Shown here: piece after piece, positions 1 to 13,927 of the stretch
Layout of the letters: each line of letters begins with the position of its first letter
Numbering within the stretch: the first letter of the stretch is position 1
Origin: Octopus vulgaris
Lineage: Eukaryota
Assembly (NCBI GenBank): GCA_951406725.2
Contig: OX597819.1
Coordinates: 85,870,001 to 85,934,000 of the forward strand
Direction: 5' to 3'
Length of the DNA stretch: 64,000 bases
The notes under the pieces: model-generated
What the model was told of the DNA's origin: nothing
The model's input: the letters and a program-made list of their open reading frames with translations, nothing else
The model's database searches: none
Translations under genes and position numbers: made by a program

Positions 1-464
1 ACGTATATTATATCATTATTTTATTATTATCATCAGACTTGTAGTGAATTGGCTTCAAAATAATCAATAAAGCATCGTACTAAATGACTATCACTGTCAG
101 CTTCATTTCTTCCATTCTGACTTGGAATCCAGCCATAACTCTCTTTATATCCTTTTCACGTTTGATAATATAAGTAGCAAATATTAGATCGAGTTTATTC
201 AATTAATTTACCCACTATCCTACAGAAATTTGTACCGTAATTATTCATGAAATAAATATTTTAAAATCATCATTTAATCCATATTCATTAGTTTGACAGT
301 ATATATATTTTTTCGACATAATGGTTATAGATTAAATGTTTATTCATTGTCATTCTTATCACAAAGTTCTTTATTTTAAGTTGCCAAACATAACTCCTTT
401 GAACTTGTCACTCACTCGAATATTTTAAAGTACAAAACATATAATGAGTTACACTTTTCTGCAG

Positions 465-591
465 ACACCTGGATTTACCGATTTGTAGTTTACGGAGGGA
501 AGTCGATTACGCAGTCGATAGTAAATATTTTAGGTTAGATTTTGTGCCAATATACAAACGTTTTATTTTTTATCACTCAATAGGAAACGGA
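465..591 (+). CDS. Candidate internal exon of an unidentified gene
   Basis: Acceptor cttttctgcag|A and donor GGA|gtaagt. One open frame reads HLDLPICSLRREVDYAVDSKYFRLDFVPIYKRFIFYHSIGNG. No family recognised. Confidence 0.3.
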
Positions 592-715
592 GTAAGTAAC
601 TATACTGCTTGTAAATTGCTATTTTTCAGCAACTTCATCCATATTACAATTAAGGAAAAACATGATGTGTAAAGGAAGTGTAAACGCTTTCATATTAACG
701 GCCCGTTATCAATTA

Positions 716-1854
716 CTAGCATTATGACCCGTCGTTGTCGGGGCATAGTGCTAGTGCATGTATATATGTGTACATGTTACATGTACATCTATATATATAT
801 ACATCTACACATAAAATACAAAATACAAAGTTATATCTTGATATCGCTAGTGATAACAATACTCAAAATATATAACAGACTGGAATTGTAAGCCCGTCTC
901 TTGCGATTTCGATCAATTGTATCTTGTCCTCCCTCTTGTATAGAAGTGTGGCTACAATCCAGCCTACCTCTATTACTGGGGAGGGGGACATTTTTAATTT
1001 AAGGTAATAATAAAATATTTCCACTTTGCAAGTTCGAGTCGAGTACTCCCTTGCACGCTCCGTTGACTCGAACCTTGCTTCTATTGTGGCGAATTTGCCG
1101 CCTCTGGTTAGATATCTTTCATAGTCGCACCAAGACACTTTTCGATGGTGCTTTCCTCCAGGTGTTCAAATCTTTTTTCTCTACATTGTATACTTTATAG
1201 ACAATAGTCTTTTCTTTAATTTAATTTTTTATTATCCATCTGGACTATTCCATTTCGGCACGCTAATTTTATTTTTAATTTATTCCCATTCATGTGAAAC
1301 CACTTATTCAAGTTCAAGTCATTGATGTAATTTTATACCAATTGCTATTTTTACTTTTGTTATGTTACGATTATATTATACTTTAGTTTGATTTTAATCG
1401 TTATTATTATCTCTAATTTTTATTGTTAAAGTGAAAGTATCTGACATAAAATAGAGAAACGTTTTTATTTCACTTTTAACATGTAATACTGAAATAGTGG
1501 AGAAGATATGATATTGCTATGGGCTCGCTAAACAAACATTTTTTTGCCCATGAAACTACATAGACCCTAAGTAAAGCATGTGTAAAATTTGAATGAAATT
1601 GGTTGTGTAATTCTCAAGTTTTAGGGAATCGTAGTGGAGAAGATATAATATTGCTGTGGGCTCGCCCTAGGCAGAAAGTTAAAGTTTTTTTGCCGATGAC
1701 ACTCCCCTGACCCTAAGTAAAACATGTGTAAAATTTGAATGAAATTGGTTTTGTAGTTCTCAAGTTTTAGGGAAACACACAGACAGACAGCCAGACAGAC
1801 ACACACACATTCTCAGTTTTATATATATATATATATATATATTTATTATATAGA
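716..1854 (-). mobile_element. Non-autonomous Helitron, copy 1
   Basis: The minus strand starts TC-TATA..AAAACTGAGAATGTG(TCTG)n and ends with a hairpin (ctagcactatgccccg...cgggtcataatgctag) then CTAG|T. Internal ~137-bp tandem unit at 1495 and 1632. Highly similar to 40613-41801. Confidence 0.8.
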
Positions 1855-3191
1855 AGGAGCTTCTACAGGACTAGAACTGTTTCATTCAAAGGAAATCATC
1901 AGGTTAACCCCGACTCAACCCGGGACCTACATATATATATATATAGATAGATAGATGTGCCTTTAATATTACGTATCTATTACTCAGGTGGGAAATTGAG
2001 TTTTGTCATAAAAGGCCTTCTGTTTTGGGAGTTTATCAGGGGTTCTGTGTCTCATAGCGTCGAGTGGGTGTAAATATATTCAATCAAAGAACCATAAACT
2101 TTTCTTCTTGGCTATACCAGTTATTCACTAGTTGGAAGAATTTCATTCAAATTTTACTTTCATGAATTCTGAATGTTTAATATTACACCTACATATGCCG
2201 TTTAAGAGTGTCAAAGTAATTGAATAAATCAATAAATCCTCATAATATTCGAAATGCTAGTCAGGTAAGTTAATTGCCAAGTTGTTATACGGTTGAGCGA
2301 ATTTAGATAATATGATAGTTCCAGAAACTATTATTGGAACAGTCTTTGGCGTGGGAAACCAGAATACAGTCGCAATACACCCATAAATAATTCTTTGATG
2401 CACACACACTCCTGATCGAGTATTTTGAGGAAATCTACGAAGGACTGGTTTCTTATTGAGTAACGATCAACAATATATAACTTAATCGATGTTACTTTCT
2501 CTATGTTGATTCTAAAGGGGTTGCGGAGGACCTATAATAAGAAAGAGTGAAGATGGGCGAACGGAGGAGTCTCTATACAGTAGCTCGACATGTGGAAACA
2601 GCATTTCGTTGGCAACATTGGAATCAAAAGTCTCTTTTTTTTGTTAGTAACTCGATGTCACTCTTTCTGGGTTGCACTTGAATTTGCAACGACAGTTCTT
2701 GGCCGACGATTGAGTATTTGTGTATATGTATATGGAAACTGACGAGACTCCTAATTAATAACCATGCTAATATTTTGATGCAAATTTTATTATTTGGGTA
2801 GTTGTTTGGGAAAACAGATAGAGACATAAAACGAAATGTTTGGCAAACCTATTTTCGGTTTTTTTACATCATTAATTCAAATCCTACTGTGGTAATCTGT
2901 ACATTCTCCCTTGCGGTAATTGCAAAAGTAACGTACTAGTTTCCTATTGGTATCGATATAATCGGTGACAAACCCTTCTCTATATAGCAAGGTCAGTGTG
3001 CCAGTACTAGAAACCAGTATTTGAACAAAACGACGATATAAACGACAAACGAGGAATATGAACGGCATAACTAATAGGGGCAATTAACTTAGCAATTCAT
3101 TTTTAAAGCTTCGATTGTGGTTACGAACATATTTTTCTGTACAAATCAGATACTAGAGCAACTAAATTTTTTTGCAACTGTATATGCATAT

Positions 3192-3382
3192 TAATCCTTT
3201 CTACTATAGGCACAATCCCTGAAATTTTGCGGCCCCAGTACGCAACTGGTACTTAATTTATCGACCCCGAAAAGATGAAAGGCAAAGTCGACCTCGGCGG
3301 AATTTGAACTCAGAACGTAACGGCAGACGAAATACGGCTACGACTTCGCCCGGGGTGCTAACGTTTCTGCCAGCTCGCCGCC
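3192..3382 (-). mobile_element. tRNA-derived SINE, family A (central GCCGAGGTCGACTTTGCCTTTCATCCTTTCGGGGTCGATAAA domain, Meta-SINE-like)
   Basis: Head GGCGGCGAGCTGGCAGAA, B-box-like GAGTTCAAATTCC and the shared central domain. Many copies in the window. Confidence 0.85.
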
Positions 3383-3900
3383 TTATATATGCATATTAAT
3401 ATTACCATTACAGAGCGTTGCAAATAAATAAAAGTTTAAAGTAAAATTACAAGTGTGCCTCTTTCATCGGCTGTGACAATTAGGCAGCGTATTTAAGCTA
3501 TATACACATTTTCTCTCTGTGACCAGGATTTACCTGACTAAATTCAGCGTTTATTATCAGTTTTCCAAACGTAGAGTTTCATATTTCCTGATCACATGGA
3601 GAATATACTTTTATATCTATTTACAGTGCGCACTGAATAATCCAGAATCTAATTTGCTTTCTTAACTTGAATACCAGCACAATAACTGGTGACGTATAGT
3701 CATTAATAGTAGTACTGTGGTTCGTTAGGATAAATCGAGATATGAGTTAAATTGCCTTTTGTATAAGTTTAGACTTTTAGAATTGATGTGAAAAGTGGAC
3801 TCTTTGTTTAGAACTACGTTTTACAACCGAGTTCTGCGAAAGATTCCTTAGGGTTTTGCGAGAAAGAGTGAAATAAGCTAATGCTAATTTCATGATCGTC

Positions 3901-3949
<49 letters not shown>

Positions 3950-4367
3950 TATGTCATTTACCACGTAAACTACAATGAAAATATATGAGAAAGATATAGA
4001 ATATAATTTGGGGGTTTCCTTGAGACATGCAATTTATTTTAAGGGTTACGCAAGGGTAAAAAGGTTGACTAGGAAAAGTGATCAATCTGAAACGTTTCAG
4101 CGTTTATTTCTGCATTGAGTGTTCGATATTTCATTTTTTGACTTTTAACTATGTGATAGTTTGTAAAAACGCAAATAGATTAAAGTCGTATGACTTAATT
4201 TGCATGATTCTGTGTGCCCGGGAAAAGTAAACGCGGACTCTTAACTTTAATTCACTTAACTGTTAATTCTAACATGGTGTAGTGCTACTTTTAATTCATT
4301 CACAATTTTTACTCTTACGCTATTATACACATTGAACACATCTTAGCTCTGTTTGAACTTGTGAATG

Positions 4368-4860
<493 letters not shown>

Positions 4861-5148
4861 TAAATGCCTACGTGAATGTTCTTTCTTTTGGCGAGAAAGG
4901 GGTGACTAATCTTTGAAAAACAATAATAGACAGTGAAACTAGCCAGACTTATGAGTGTAAAACATGTAGTCTAGCCACACTCGCTAGTTTTAGTAGCGAG
5001 TTTCAAATGTGCTGACTGAAATGAACTCGTAACCTTATCTTACATCTCGTTCTCACTTTCTCTGTTTTAGACTGCCTATCACACAGTCTGTATTTCCATC
5101 GCATCCTCAACAAATTATCAAATTGTTAGATAAAGGCACATACACATA

Positions 5149-5187
<39 letters not shown>

Positions 5188-5514
5188 ATTAAAATTATTT
5201 TAAAATCAATTATGCATAAATATGTATTTGTGCATATGTATGGATATTTGTATTTATATATGCTATTATTGAGTTTTATATCAAGACGTGTTGCCAATAA
5301 CGAAAGAGTTGGTTTCTAACCTAGATCCAAGGCTCATTCATTAGAATTTCAACATCAACAGGATATTTGCATCACGAAAAAGAAGTGGAACCGTCGAACA
5401 ATAACAGCATTGTATACGATAATTTTGGTAACAATGCGAATACCTGGGCTGTCACCACTCTACACCGTAGTTTTTCAAAAGCTACACTCGCTCTGCCAGT
5501 ATAGGATGGCACTA

Positions 5515-5962
5515 AAGCGGCGAGCTAGCAGAATCGTTAGCACGCTGGGTAAAATGCTTAGCAGTATGTCGTCCATCTTTACGTTCTGAGTTCAAATTCC
5601 TCCGGTGGTCAACTTCACCTTTCATACTTTCAGGGTCCATAAAATAAGTACCTGTTATACACTGGGGTCTATATAATCGGTTTACTACATCTTCTGAAAT
5701 TGCTGGCATTGTGTCGAAATTTGAAATCAATATTTGATGGTACTTGGCGGCGATCTGGCAGAATCTTTACCACGCCCGGTAAAATGCTCAGAAGCACTTC
5801 AACCGCTTTTACGTTCTGAGTTCAAATGATGATGGGGTCGACTTTGCCTTTCATTGCTCAGGGGTCGATAAAATAAATATCAGTACCAGTTAAGCACCGC
5901 GGCCGATGTTTTCAACTTACCTTCACCAAATCAATGGTCCTGTGCCAAAATGTGTAACCAAT
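5515..5962 (+). mobile_element. Two tandem degenerate family A SINEs
   Basis: Two GCGGCGA(G/T)CT(A/G)GCAGAATC heads (5515, 5746), each followed by TTCTGAGTTCAAAT and the central domain. Confidence 0.75.
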
Positions 5963-6644
5963 ATTGGATGGCATTTCAGTACAGCTACGATATTAGAAAT
6001 TATCTACATATATACTACTTAATCCCACTCTCTTTTATTCCTGTATGTCTTAGGATAAGTTGCTGCAGTTCTTCTGTTTTTGTTATACTGAATGTGTATG
6101 TATATTTCTTTCTTTCCTTCCTTCTTTCTTTCTTTCTTTCTTTCTATCTTTCTTTCTTTCCTTCTTTATTTATTTATCTATATATTTGCTTATTGAACAG
6201 CATAATGGGCAACCTATTAGAATTATCCACGTGACATTATTATGATTCGTTCTAGAAACGTATTTATTTACCAACAGCTATATAAACTCAAAGATCTTCA
6301 AACTGTTTGCTTATCAACCTAACTTGTTTATCTTTACATTTACTTCTCTTAATAAAATTTCTCTCTCCCTCCTTCTCTCTCTCTCTTTATATATATACTA
6401 TACTAAGCCAAACCACACTCACAGATAAACAGCCACAACCACACACACACACACACACACAGATTTGCGCGCACGCACATACCCACACATACACACACAT
6501 ACCTCCTTCTCTTGCACTCTCCTGTCGCTGAAAGAACTTTTTCTTCACCCATTTCCTTCCGGTCATTCCAATATGTAACCGCGTGTGTATTGTTGGCGAT
6601 TTTCTTTCTCCGTCTTCTCTTCCTTGAACCTTTCCTTTTTCTAT

Positions 6645-6679
6645 GTTTCTGACGAAGTGCTCCACTCGAAACGTTAAAT
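6645..6679 (+). ncRNA. Minimal type-I hammerhead-like motif
   Basis: gttt-CTGACGA-agtg ctc cact c-GAAA-cg-TT-aaat. Stem I gttt/aaat, short stem II, palindromic ACGT stem III. Confidence 0.45.
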
Positions 6680-6776
6680 CCTCCTACTTTCTTTCCTTTG
6701 CTGGGCCTCCAATAACACTCTAACCACTAAGTCAGACGTCTCCACCCTCACACACTCATATATATGTGTGTGTGCG

Positions 6777-6815
<39 letters not shown>

Positions 6816-6826
<11 letters not shown>

Positions 6827-7193
6827 TAATAAGGGTTTTTTGCAACAAGTTGCTTCAACCACATACCGAAAATATTAGAAATAGCAGTCAAAGGGCTGCT
6901 ATTTCTATTACTACAAAAATACAGTAGACTGTGTGGTTTCGTTGTTTTCCTTCTTCTTTTGCCATATATGAGTTACAAATACTGTTGTTTGTGGAGACTT
7001 ATTTTTGTAGTAATAGAAATAGCAACCCTTTGACTGCTATTTCTAATATTTTCGGTATGTGGTTTAAGCAACTTGTTGCAAAAAACCCTTATTATAATTA
7101 TATAAATTTTTACCGAATATGGTCCTTTCCATACCGAAATACTACTAGGTGAAATTTATTGATTTTATTAAATTAATTATATTTCACCCTTTA

Positions 7194-7195
<2 letters not shown>
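6816..7195 (-). mobile_element. Fold-back Penelope-type relic (about 100-bp inverted arms) with the 3' half of a hammerhead
   Basis: Arms 6816-6920 and 6999-7104 are near-perfect reverse complements. On the minus strand the loop carries GAAAC-cacaca-GTC just before the arm. (TA)n on both sides. Confidence 0.6.
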
Positions 7196-7253
<58 letters not shown>

Positions 7254-8039
7254 AAATGCACACTGGATATAGAAGTAATGCCATTCTTTTATAAAAGCAA
7301 AGACATATACATACCGATAAATGATTTAAGGTGGAATTAAGAGTTATAAAAATCATAAGCATGAGTCAATATAGAAAGTCATACTATCTTCCTCATCGCT
7401 GTTCTCTGATTTTATACACATCTAAACACACCACACACACACACATACACACACACCTATATCTTTCTATCTATCTCCGTCTCAGGTACCACACAGAGGG
7501 ACTGAACATAGAACCATGTGTTTGGGAAGCACCCCTGCACTATACAGATATTTACGTACAGTTATATACAAATACATATAAGTATAAAAATACTCTTCCG
7601 TACATATATTTATATTCGTCAATATATATACATGCACGCATATATTTATACACAAGTATACAAACTTGTATATATATATATATATATAATATATATACAT
7701 AAGTATAGTAAACTTTGGTTGTAGAACAAACAACAAATATAAGGTCATCCACTTAACATATCACATCTCGAACATTTAATGAGATATTGCTTTTTTCTTA
7801 CACATAGAACATAGATGCATAAAATCACAGAAGATGAAACATAATTCATTTAGACAAGCATATAAGTGAAATGTGTGAGTGCAGTCTATCGCGATTAAAA
7901 ATTAATAGTTAATACTTTAGTGACTAAGAAAATTTTTTTTTAATATTATAACATCTACAATAATAAATATATGAATATATAAAAAATATATAAATACATA
8001 AATATATAAAATTATAAAAATACATATATTTCTCTCTCA

Positions 8040-8420
8040 CAGGAGTGGCTGTGTGGTAAGTAGCTTGCTAACCAACCACATGGTTCCGGGTTCAGTCTTC
8101 TACTATAGCCTCGGGCCGACCAAACCTTGTGAGTGGATTTGGTAGACGGAAACTGAAAGAAGCCCATCGTATATATATATATATATATGTGTGCGTGTGC
8201 GTGTATGTTCTGTGTGTCTGTGTTTGTCCCCTTAGCATTGCTTGACAACCGATGCTGGTGTGTTTATATCCCCGTCATCTAGCGGTTCGGCAAAAGAGAC
8301 CGATAGAATAAGTGCTGGGCTTACAAAGAATAAGTCCCGGGGTCGAGATGCTTGACTAAAGGCAGTGCTCCAGCATGGCCGCAGTCAACTGACTGAAACA
8401 AGTAAAAGAGTAAAAAAGAG
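8040..8420 (+). mobile_element. Family B SINE (internal deletion)
   Basis: AGGAGTGGCTGTGTGGTAAG head through GAAACAAGTAAAAGAG tail. Confidence 0.85.
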
Positions 8421-8564
8421 ATATAGGAAATATATAATATATAAGGTAAGATAAAAGTTCATCGATTAGAAATTTTTTCGATTAAAAATTACTTTTTAAG
8501 ATAAGGGAAAAAACCTATTATGAAAAGCCAGTGTCCAAGTAAAAAAGAAGAAACCATATTTACA

Positions 8565-8646
8565 TTCCCTATGGCCATTTTAGGGGTTCATCACCGTATT
8601 AAATGCACTAGGGTGCATTACAATAATTGCTCCTTCATCAGGGGAA
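8565..8646 (-). ncRNA. Type-I hammerhead motif with a G12>A core substitution
   Basis: The minus strand reads ttccc-CTGATGA-agg..(aatgcac ccta gtgcatt)..cct-AAAA-tggcca-TA-gggaa. Stem I is 5 bp and stem III is the palindrome ATGGCCAT. Confidence 0.65.
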
Positions 8647-9082
8647 AATTAAAAAACATCACATACCAGGGCGAGACCTCTTTAAACAAACCCGATGCAA
8701 CATTGCATGGTTTCTTATTTTTTTAATATTTTTATATATTTATTATTCTAGATATTATAATGTTAAGAATTTTTTTTTTTAGATGCTTAAGTATTAACTA
8801 TTAATTTTTAATCGCGATAGACTGTACTCACACATTTCTCTTATCTGCTTGTCTAAATGAATTATGTTTCATCCTCTGTGATTTTATGCATCTATGTTCT
8901 ATGTGTAAGAAAAAGCATCATGTGATTAAATGTTCGAGATGTGATATGTTAGGTGGATGACCTTATATTTGTTGTTTGTTCTACAAACAAAGGTTACTAT
9001 ATTTGCCTCATTTATTTGAGCACTTCTATAGCAGTCCTATTAAACATTTTGTTCCTGATAAGAAACAGTCACTTTATTATTG

Positions 9083-9144
<62 letters not shown>

Positions 9145-9396
9145 TTGTTCTGACCCATTTGAGGTAAGACATTATCATTGTTCACTGATATTTTTTCCTA
9201 TCTTGCCTGTAATAGATTTGTGACTTTTCGGTGGTACAGAAGTATTTTTTGACTTCTATCATTAGCGATATAGGTACTGATATAGTACCCTTGTGTATAT
9301 ATGTACATATCTAATATTGTATGTATATATGTTATTAATTTGCCTGTGCGGCTAATAATTCGCTTAGCACTTATGATGGTATTTTAATAATCCCAT

Positions 9397-9448
<52 letters not shown>

Positions 9449-9479
9449 ATGTGTGTGTGAGTGGGGGGTTGTTGTGGGG

Positions 9480-9770
9480 GGTTGTGTGCGTGGTTAAAAG
9501 CTTGTTGCCCAACGACATGGTTCCTGGTTCACTCCCAGATATAGATACATATATATCTTTGTGTGTATGTCTTCGTGTCTGTGTTTGTCCCCTCCACCAC
9601 TTGATAACGGGTTTTGCTGTGTTTACGATCCCGTAACTTAGCGGTTCGACCAGAGAAACCGATAGAATAAATTAGCTTAAAAAATTAGTACGGGGTCGAT
9701 TCATTCGACAAAAATTTCTTAAGCGTGATGCTCCAGCATGGCAGCAATCCAATGAGTGTAAAAAGTAATA
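9480..9770 (+). mobile_element. Degenerate family B SINE
   Basis: GTGGTTAAAAGCTTG..CATGGTTCCTGGTTCA head, plus CGTAACTTAGCGGTTCG and CTCCAGCATGG body motifs. Confidence 0.7.
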
Positions 9771-9772
9771 TG

Positions 9773-9811
<39 letters not shown>

Positions 9812-9854
9812 ATATGTATACATACATACATATATATATACACACATACACACA

Positions 9855-10010
9855 CTTTGCCATTGAGACCGGTGTACAGCTAGGGTGTATTCTATCCCCT
9901 TTCGTATTGCTTATGGCGATCGACCTCGTCATGCGTGGGGTGATGCACCATGGCGGGTTTGGGATTTTGTGGTATGAGTCAGGGCGCCTGACTGACCTTA
10001 ATTTCGTCAT
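9855..10010 (+). mobile_element. RTE-like LINE reverse-transcriptase fragment
   Basis: FAIETGVQLGCILSPFVLLMAIDLVMR...GILW...LTDLNF matches the GVRQGCILSP...LxDLDFADD RT motifs. Confidence 0.8.
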
Positions 10011-10014
10011 TGTA

Positions 10015-10273
10015 CCTGTTTTTTGTTTACAAAATAAGCTAAACAAAACGTGTTTTTGAATTACGCGTATTTACTCTATATACATATATGAGTTGAAAAC
10101 TTTCTTTTAACATTTCAATAAAGGTCTATGTTCCATGCTGTCATGGGCTGGAGAACTATAAATGTAAAAAGATAGTATCTCAGCTACTAGCAGTTGAGAC
10201 CTGCGTAATATAGACGGTGATTTAAAATTCCATTATTCTCTTTAACCCGGGTCACGCCCGGTATTTTTACTAC
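10015..10273 (+). mobile_element. Degenerate Helitron 3' end
   Basis: AACCCGGGTCACGCCCGGTATTTTTACTACT resembles a CCCGGG..CCGGG hairpin followed by a CTAGT terminus. Confidence 0.45.
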
Positions 10274-10305
10274 TCTCTCTCCACCACCCCTCTCTCTCCA
10301 CCCTC

Positions 10306-10376
<71 letters not shown>

Positions 10377-10594
10377 CATATTTGTGTGTGTGTACTTGTG
10401 TCTGTGTTTGCCCCAACGAGACCGATACAATAAGTGCTAGACTTACAAAAAATAAGTCCTGGGGTCAACATCTTCGACTAAAACCCCTTTAAGACGCTGC
10501 CCCAGCATAGCCGCAGTCAAATGACTGAAACAAATAAAGGAGCAGAATAATAATAGAATATATATACGAGAACACACTCATATTCGAAAATACT

Positions 10595-10852
10595 CCTCTT
10601 TTATTCTTCTTCTACATGTTTCAGTCATTTTGACTGGCCATGTTGAAGCACCGCGTTCAAGTCAAACAAATCGACCCCAGGAGTTATTCTTTGTATGCTT
10701 AGTACTTATTCTATCAGTCTCTTTTGCCAAACCGCTAAATTATGGGGACGTATACACATCAACATCGGTTGTCAAGCGATGGTGGGGGAACAAACACAGA
10801 CACACAAGCACATAAACACATACACATACATATATGCATATATATATATATA

Positions 10853-10944
<92 letters not shown>

Positions 10945-11119
10945 CATATACATATACAACGGGCTTCTTTCAGTTTCTGTCTGCCAAATCCACTCACAGG
11001 GCTTTGGTCGGCTCGAGGCTATAGTAGAAAACACTTACCCAAGGTGCCACGCAGTGACACTGAACTAGGAACCGTGTAGTTGAGAAGCTAGCTTCTTACC
11101 ACACATCCACTCCTACGCT
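10595..11119 (-). mobile_element. Family B SINE with expanded internal (TA)n
   Basis: Reverse complement of the family B head, core and tail. Confidence 0.85.
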
Positions 11120-11709
11120 TTCTTACCACACGGACATTCCTGCACACTTTGGCATATAATACATTCAAATTGATGCGAGCACAAGAGAAGGCGTATGGCT
11201 TATGCATCACTTAGGCATGACATTATTTTTATAGCAAGTTCTCCATATAAACTCATAAACCGAAAACCAACAACTACAACAAATCAACAGGCGAGCTTCA
11301 TATTTAAAATTTTCGAAAACTAATATTGACACTTGTTGAAAGCCCGTAATATAGCTAAACGCTTATTTCATTGCTTTGAAGCTATTATTGATAGGAAAAT
11401 TACTCTAGTTGCAATGGAATATAAATAATTTATTAATAACAGCTCAGTATGACTTAAGGTAACCTTTAATTTATGAAATATCTGTAGATGTTTATTCTAT
11501 GTCCTAATAACATGTTCTAACTATATGAAAATAGATCGCCGGGAATCTGTTCAGCAATTTGATAAAACGATTTATTTCATATATTCACCTCATTCTCTCA
11601 TAAACAGACTCATACGAACATGCATACATATACTGTATACACATACACACACACTCATGCACATACACACACACACACATACACACACACACACATATAT
11701 ATATATATA

Positions 11710-12088
11710 GGCGCAGGAGTGGCTGTGTGGTAAGTAGCTTGCTAACCAACCACATGGTTCCGGGTTCAGTCCCACTGCGTGGCATCTTGGGCCTTGTGAG
11801 TGGATTTGGTAGACGGAAACTGAAAGAAGCCTGTCGTATATATGTATATATATGTATATGTATGTATGTGTATGTGTTTGTGTGTGTGTGTTTGTCCCCC
11901 TAGCATTGCTTGACAATCGATGCTGGTGTGTTTACATCCCCGTCACCTAGCGGTTCGGCAAAAGAGACTGATAGAATAAGTACTGGGCTTACAAAGAATA
12001 AGTCCCGGCGTCGATTTGCTCGACTAAAGGCGGTGCTCCAGCATGGCCGCAGTCAAATGACTGAAACATGTAAAAGAGTAGAAGAGTA
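11710..12088 (+). mobile_element. Family B SINE
   Basis: GGCGCAGGAGTGGCTGTGTGGTAAG head through GACTGAAACATGTAAAAGAG tail. Confidence 0.85.
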
Positions 12089-12271
12089 TATATCAGAAAT
12101 AACACAGTGACTCAGGGCGAGAGTTTCATTCCTCGGCACTTGTCAAACTCCAACGCACGGAATTCTCGGATCGTGATCCACTCTGTTAATTCTGCTAAAT
12201 ATCAATTAAAGTTTTCATATACTCAGATTTTGAGTTTTATTTTTCCTGTTTGCATCAACATAACCTTTATA

Positions 12272-12764
12272 CAGTAACACCTCGACTATCTCGAGTATTA
12301 CTTTCCAGAACCCGTCACAGTAAGTGATAATCCACGAAGTAGAAATAATACCGTACTGCATATTTTTTAAAATTATTTTTATAATTTGTATATATTTATT
12401 TTATTATAAATGGAAAACAACACGCACTCACCTCCCGAGTTTCGTTCGCCATACAGTATGTGCGATTCTTTGTTTATTCATCTACGGTACACTACCCATT
12501 TTCATTTAATTTATTTTAAATAATGTGTTATACAGTACAGCACTGTACTGTAATTTTATTTATTAAATCATTATTTTTTAGGCTTATTTTGCCAGAGAAA
12601 TAATTAAAATCTAAAAAAAAACAGAAACATATAAATACCTATCGGCCGCAGAAGTCGGCAAAATGCTGAGGAGTCCACGGTATAAATTTACATACATTAG
12701 CCAGAAAAATCCGCGATGTACTGAGGGCGCAATAGGTGAACCGCGATGTGGCGAGTGATTACTG
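12272..12764. mobile_element. pogo/Tigger-like MITE
   Basis: TA|CAGTAACACCTCG at the left end and CGAGTGATTACTG at the right end form imperfect CAGT-type TIRs. No coding capacity. Confidence 0.6.
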
Positions 12765-12827
12765 CATATTTATAACATTATGTGGAGTGATATGCGTTTC
12801 ATATACTGGTATTTATGTGTGTGTCGT

Positions 12828-13038
12828 CGTTAGCATGCCGGGCGAAATGCGTAGCCGTATTTCGTCTGCCGTTACCTTCTGAGTTCAAATTCCGTTGAGG
12901 TCGACTTTGCCTTTCATCCTTTCGGGGTTGATAAATTAAGTACCACTTACGCACTGGGGTCGATATAATCGACTTAATCCGTTGTCTGTCCTTGTTTCTT
13001 CTCTCTGTGTTTAGCCCCCTGTGGATAGTAAAGAAATA
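12828..13038 (+). mobile_element. 5'-truncated family A SINE with a 20-bp direct flanking repeat
   Basis: GGTATTTATGTGTGTGTCGT occurs at 12808-12827 and 13039-13058. Confidence 0.85.
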
Positions 13039-13383
13039 GGTATTTATGTGTGTGTCGTATTGATGTGTATGTATGTGTGCGTGCAAACGCATGTGTTTGT
13101 GTGTGTATGTGTACAAGTAACCTAGTGTATGCGTTGTGTTTTGTGTATTTGTGTATGGACGTGTGTATATGAGTGATTGTGCGTATGGGCGCGCGCGCGT
13201 GAGTGAGGCTAATGTGTGCGTGTAACGCATGGGCCTGCGTGTGTATGTGTACAAGTTAACTACTGTATGCGGTGTGAGGAGTGACGAGCGTTTTGTGTTT
13301 GTGTGTGTGTATATAGACGTGTGTATATGTGTTTGGATTGATATGAGTGTGTATGGATGTGTGTATGTGTATGAGTCTAATAT

Positions 13384-13424
<41 letters not shown>

Positions 13425-13610
13425 GCTGTGCAAATGCTTATGTTTATCAGTTCATGTGTGCTTATTCAAGTGGTGTGTGCACGTGTGCATGTGCGTATAA
13501 GAGATAGATAGTGGTTAGGAGTTTGGGAGGTGGGGTAGGGGTGTGAGATGGGATGGGATGGGGTAGCAAGAGATAGGGGTTAGGAGGTGGGATAGGTGTG
13601 AGAGGAGACG

Positions 13611-13651
<41 letters not shown>

Positions 13652-13781
13652 CGTATGTACGTATGTATGCATGAAACGCATAGATCCCCCACACACACGC
13701 ACACACATGCGTTCATATTTATATATATATATATGTCTGTATATACAACTAAAATCACATAAACCCATTCAAACATACTTA

Positions 13782-13784
<3 letters not shown>

Positions 13785-13864
<80 letters not shown>
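13785..13864. repeat. (ATCT)n tetranucleotide microsatellite
   Basis: Direct observation. Confidence 0.95.
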
Positions 13865-13927
13865 ATATATATATATATATGTATATATATACGCATGTGT
13901 GTATGTATGCATGTATGTATGTATATG

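Larger units (their letters stand above)
7704..9002. repeat. ~290-bp inverted repeat pair (7704-7990 / 8716-9002) enclosing a SINE and a hammerhead motif
   Basis: The ORF track gives MDDLIFVVCST on both strands (7552-7752 minus, 8953 plus). The arms align as reverse complements with scattered substitutions. Confidence 0.85.

Noticed and set aside
863-1138. Duplicated ORF (also 40771-41010) as a host gene pair
   Set aside because: Both lie inside Helitron copies and neither has an ATG start.
1872-1905. Hammerhead-like CTGATGA..GAAAC on minus (also 31358 on plus)
   Set aside because: Stem I is absent or the second core half is missing, so they are too degenerate to call.
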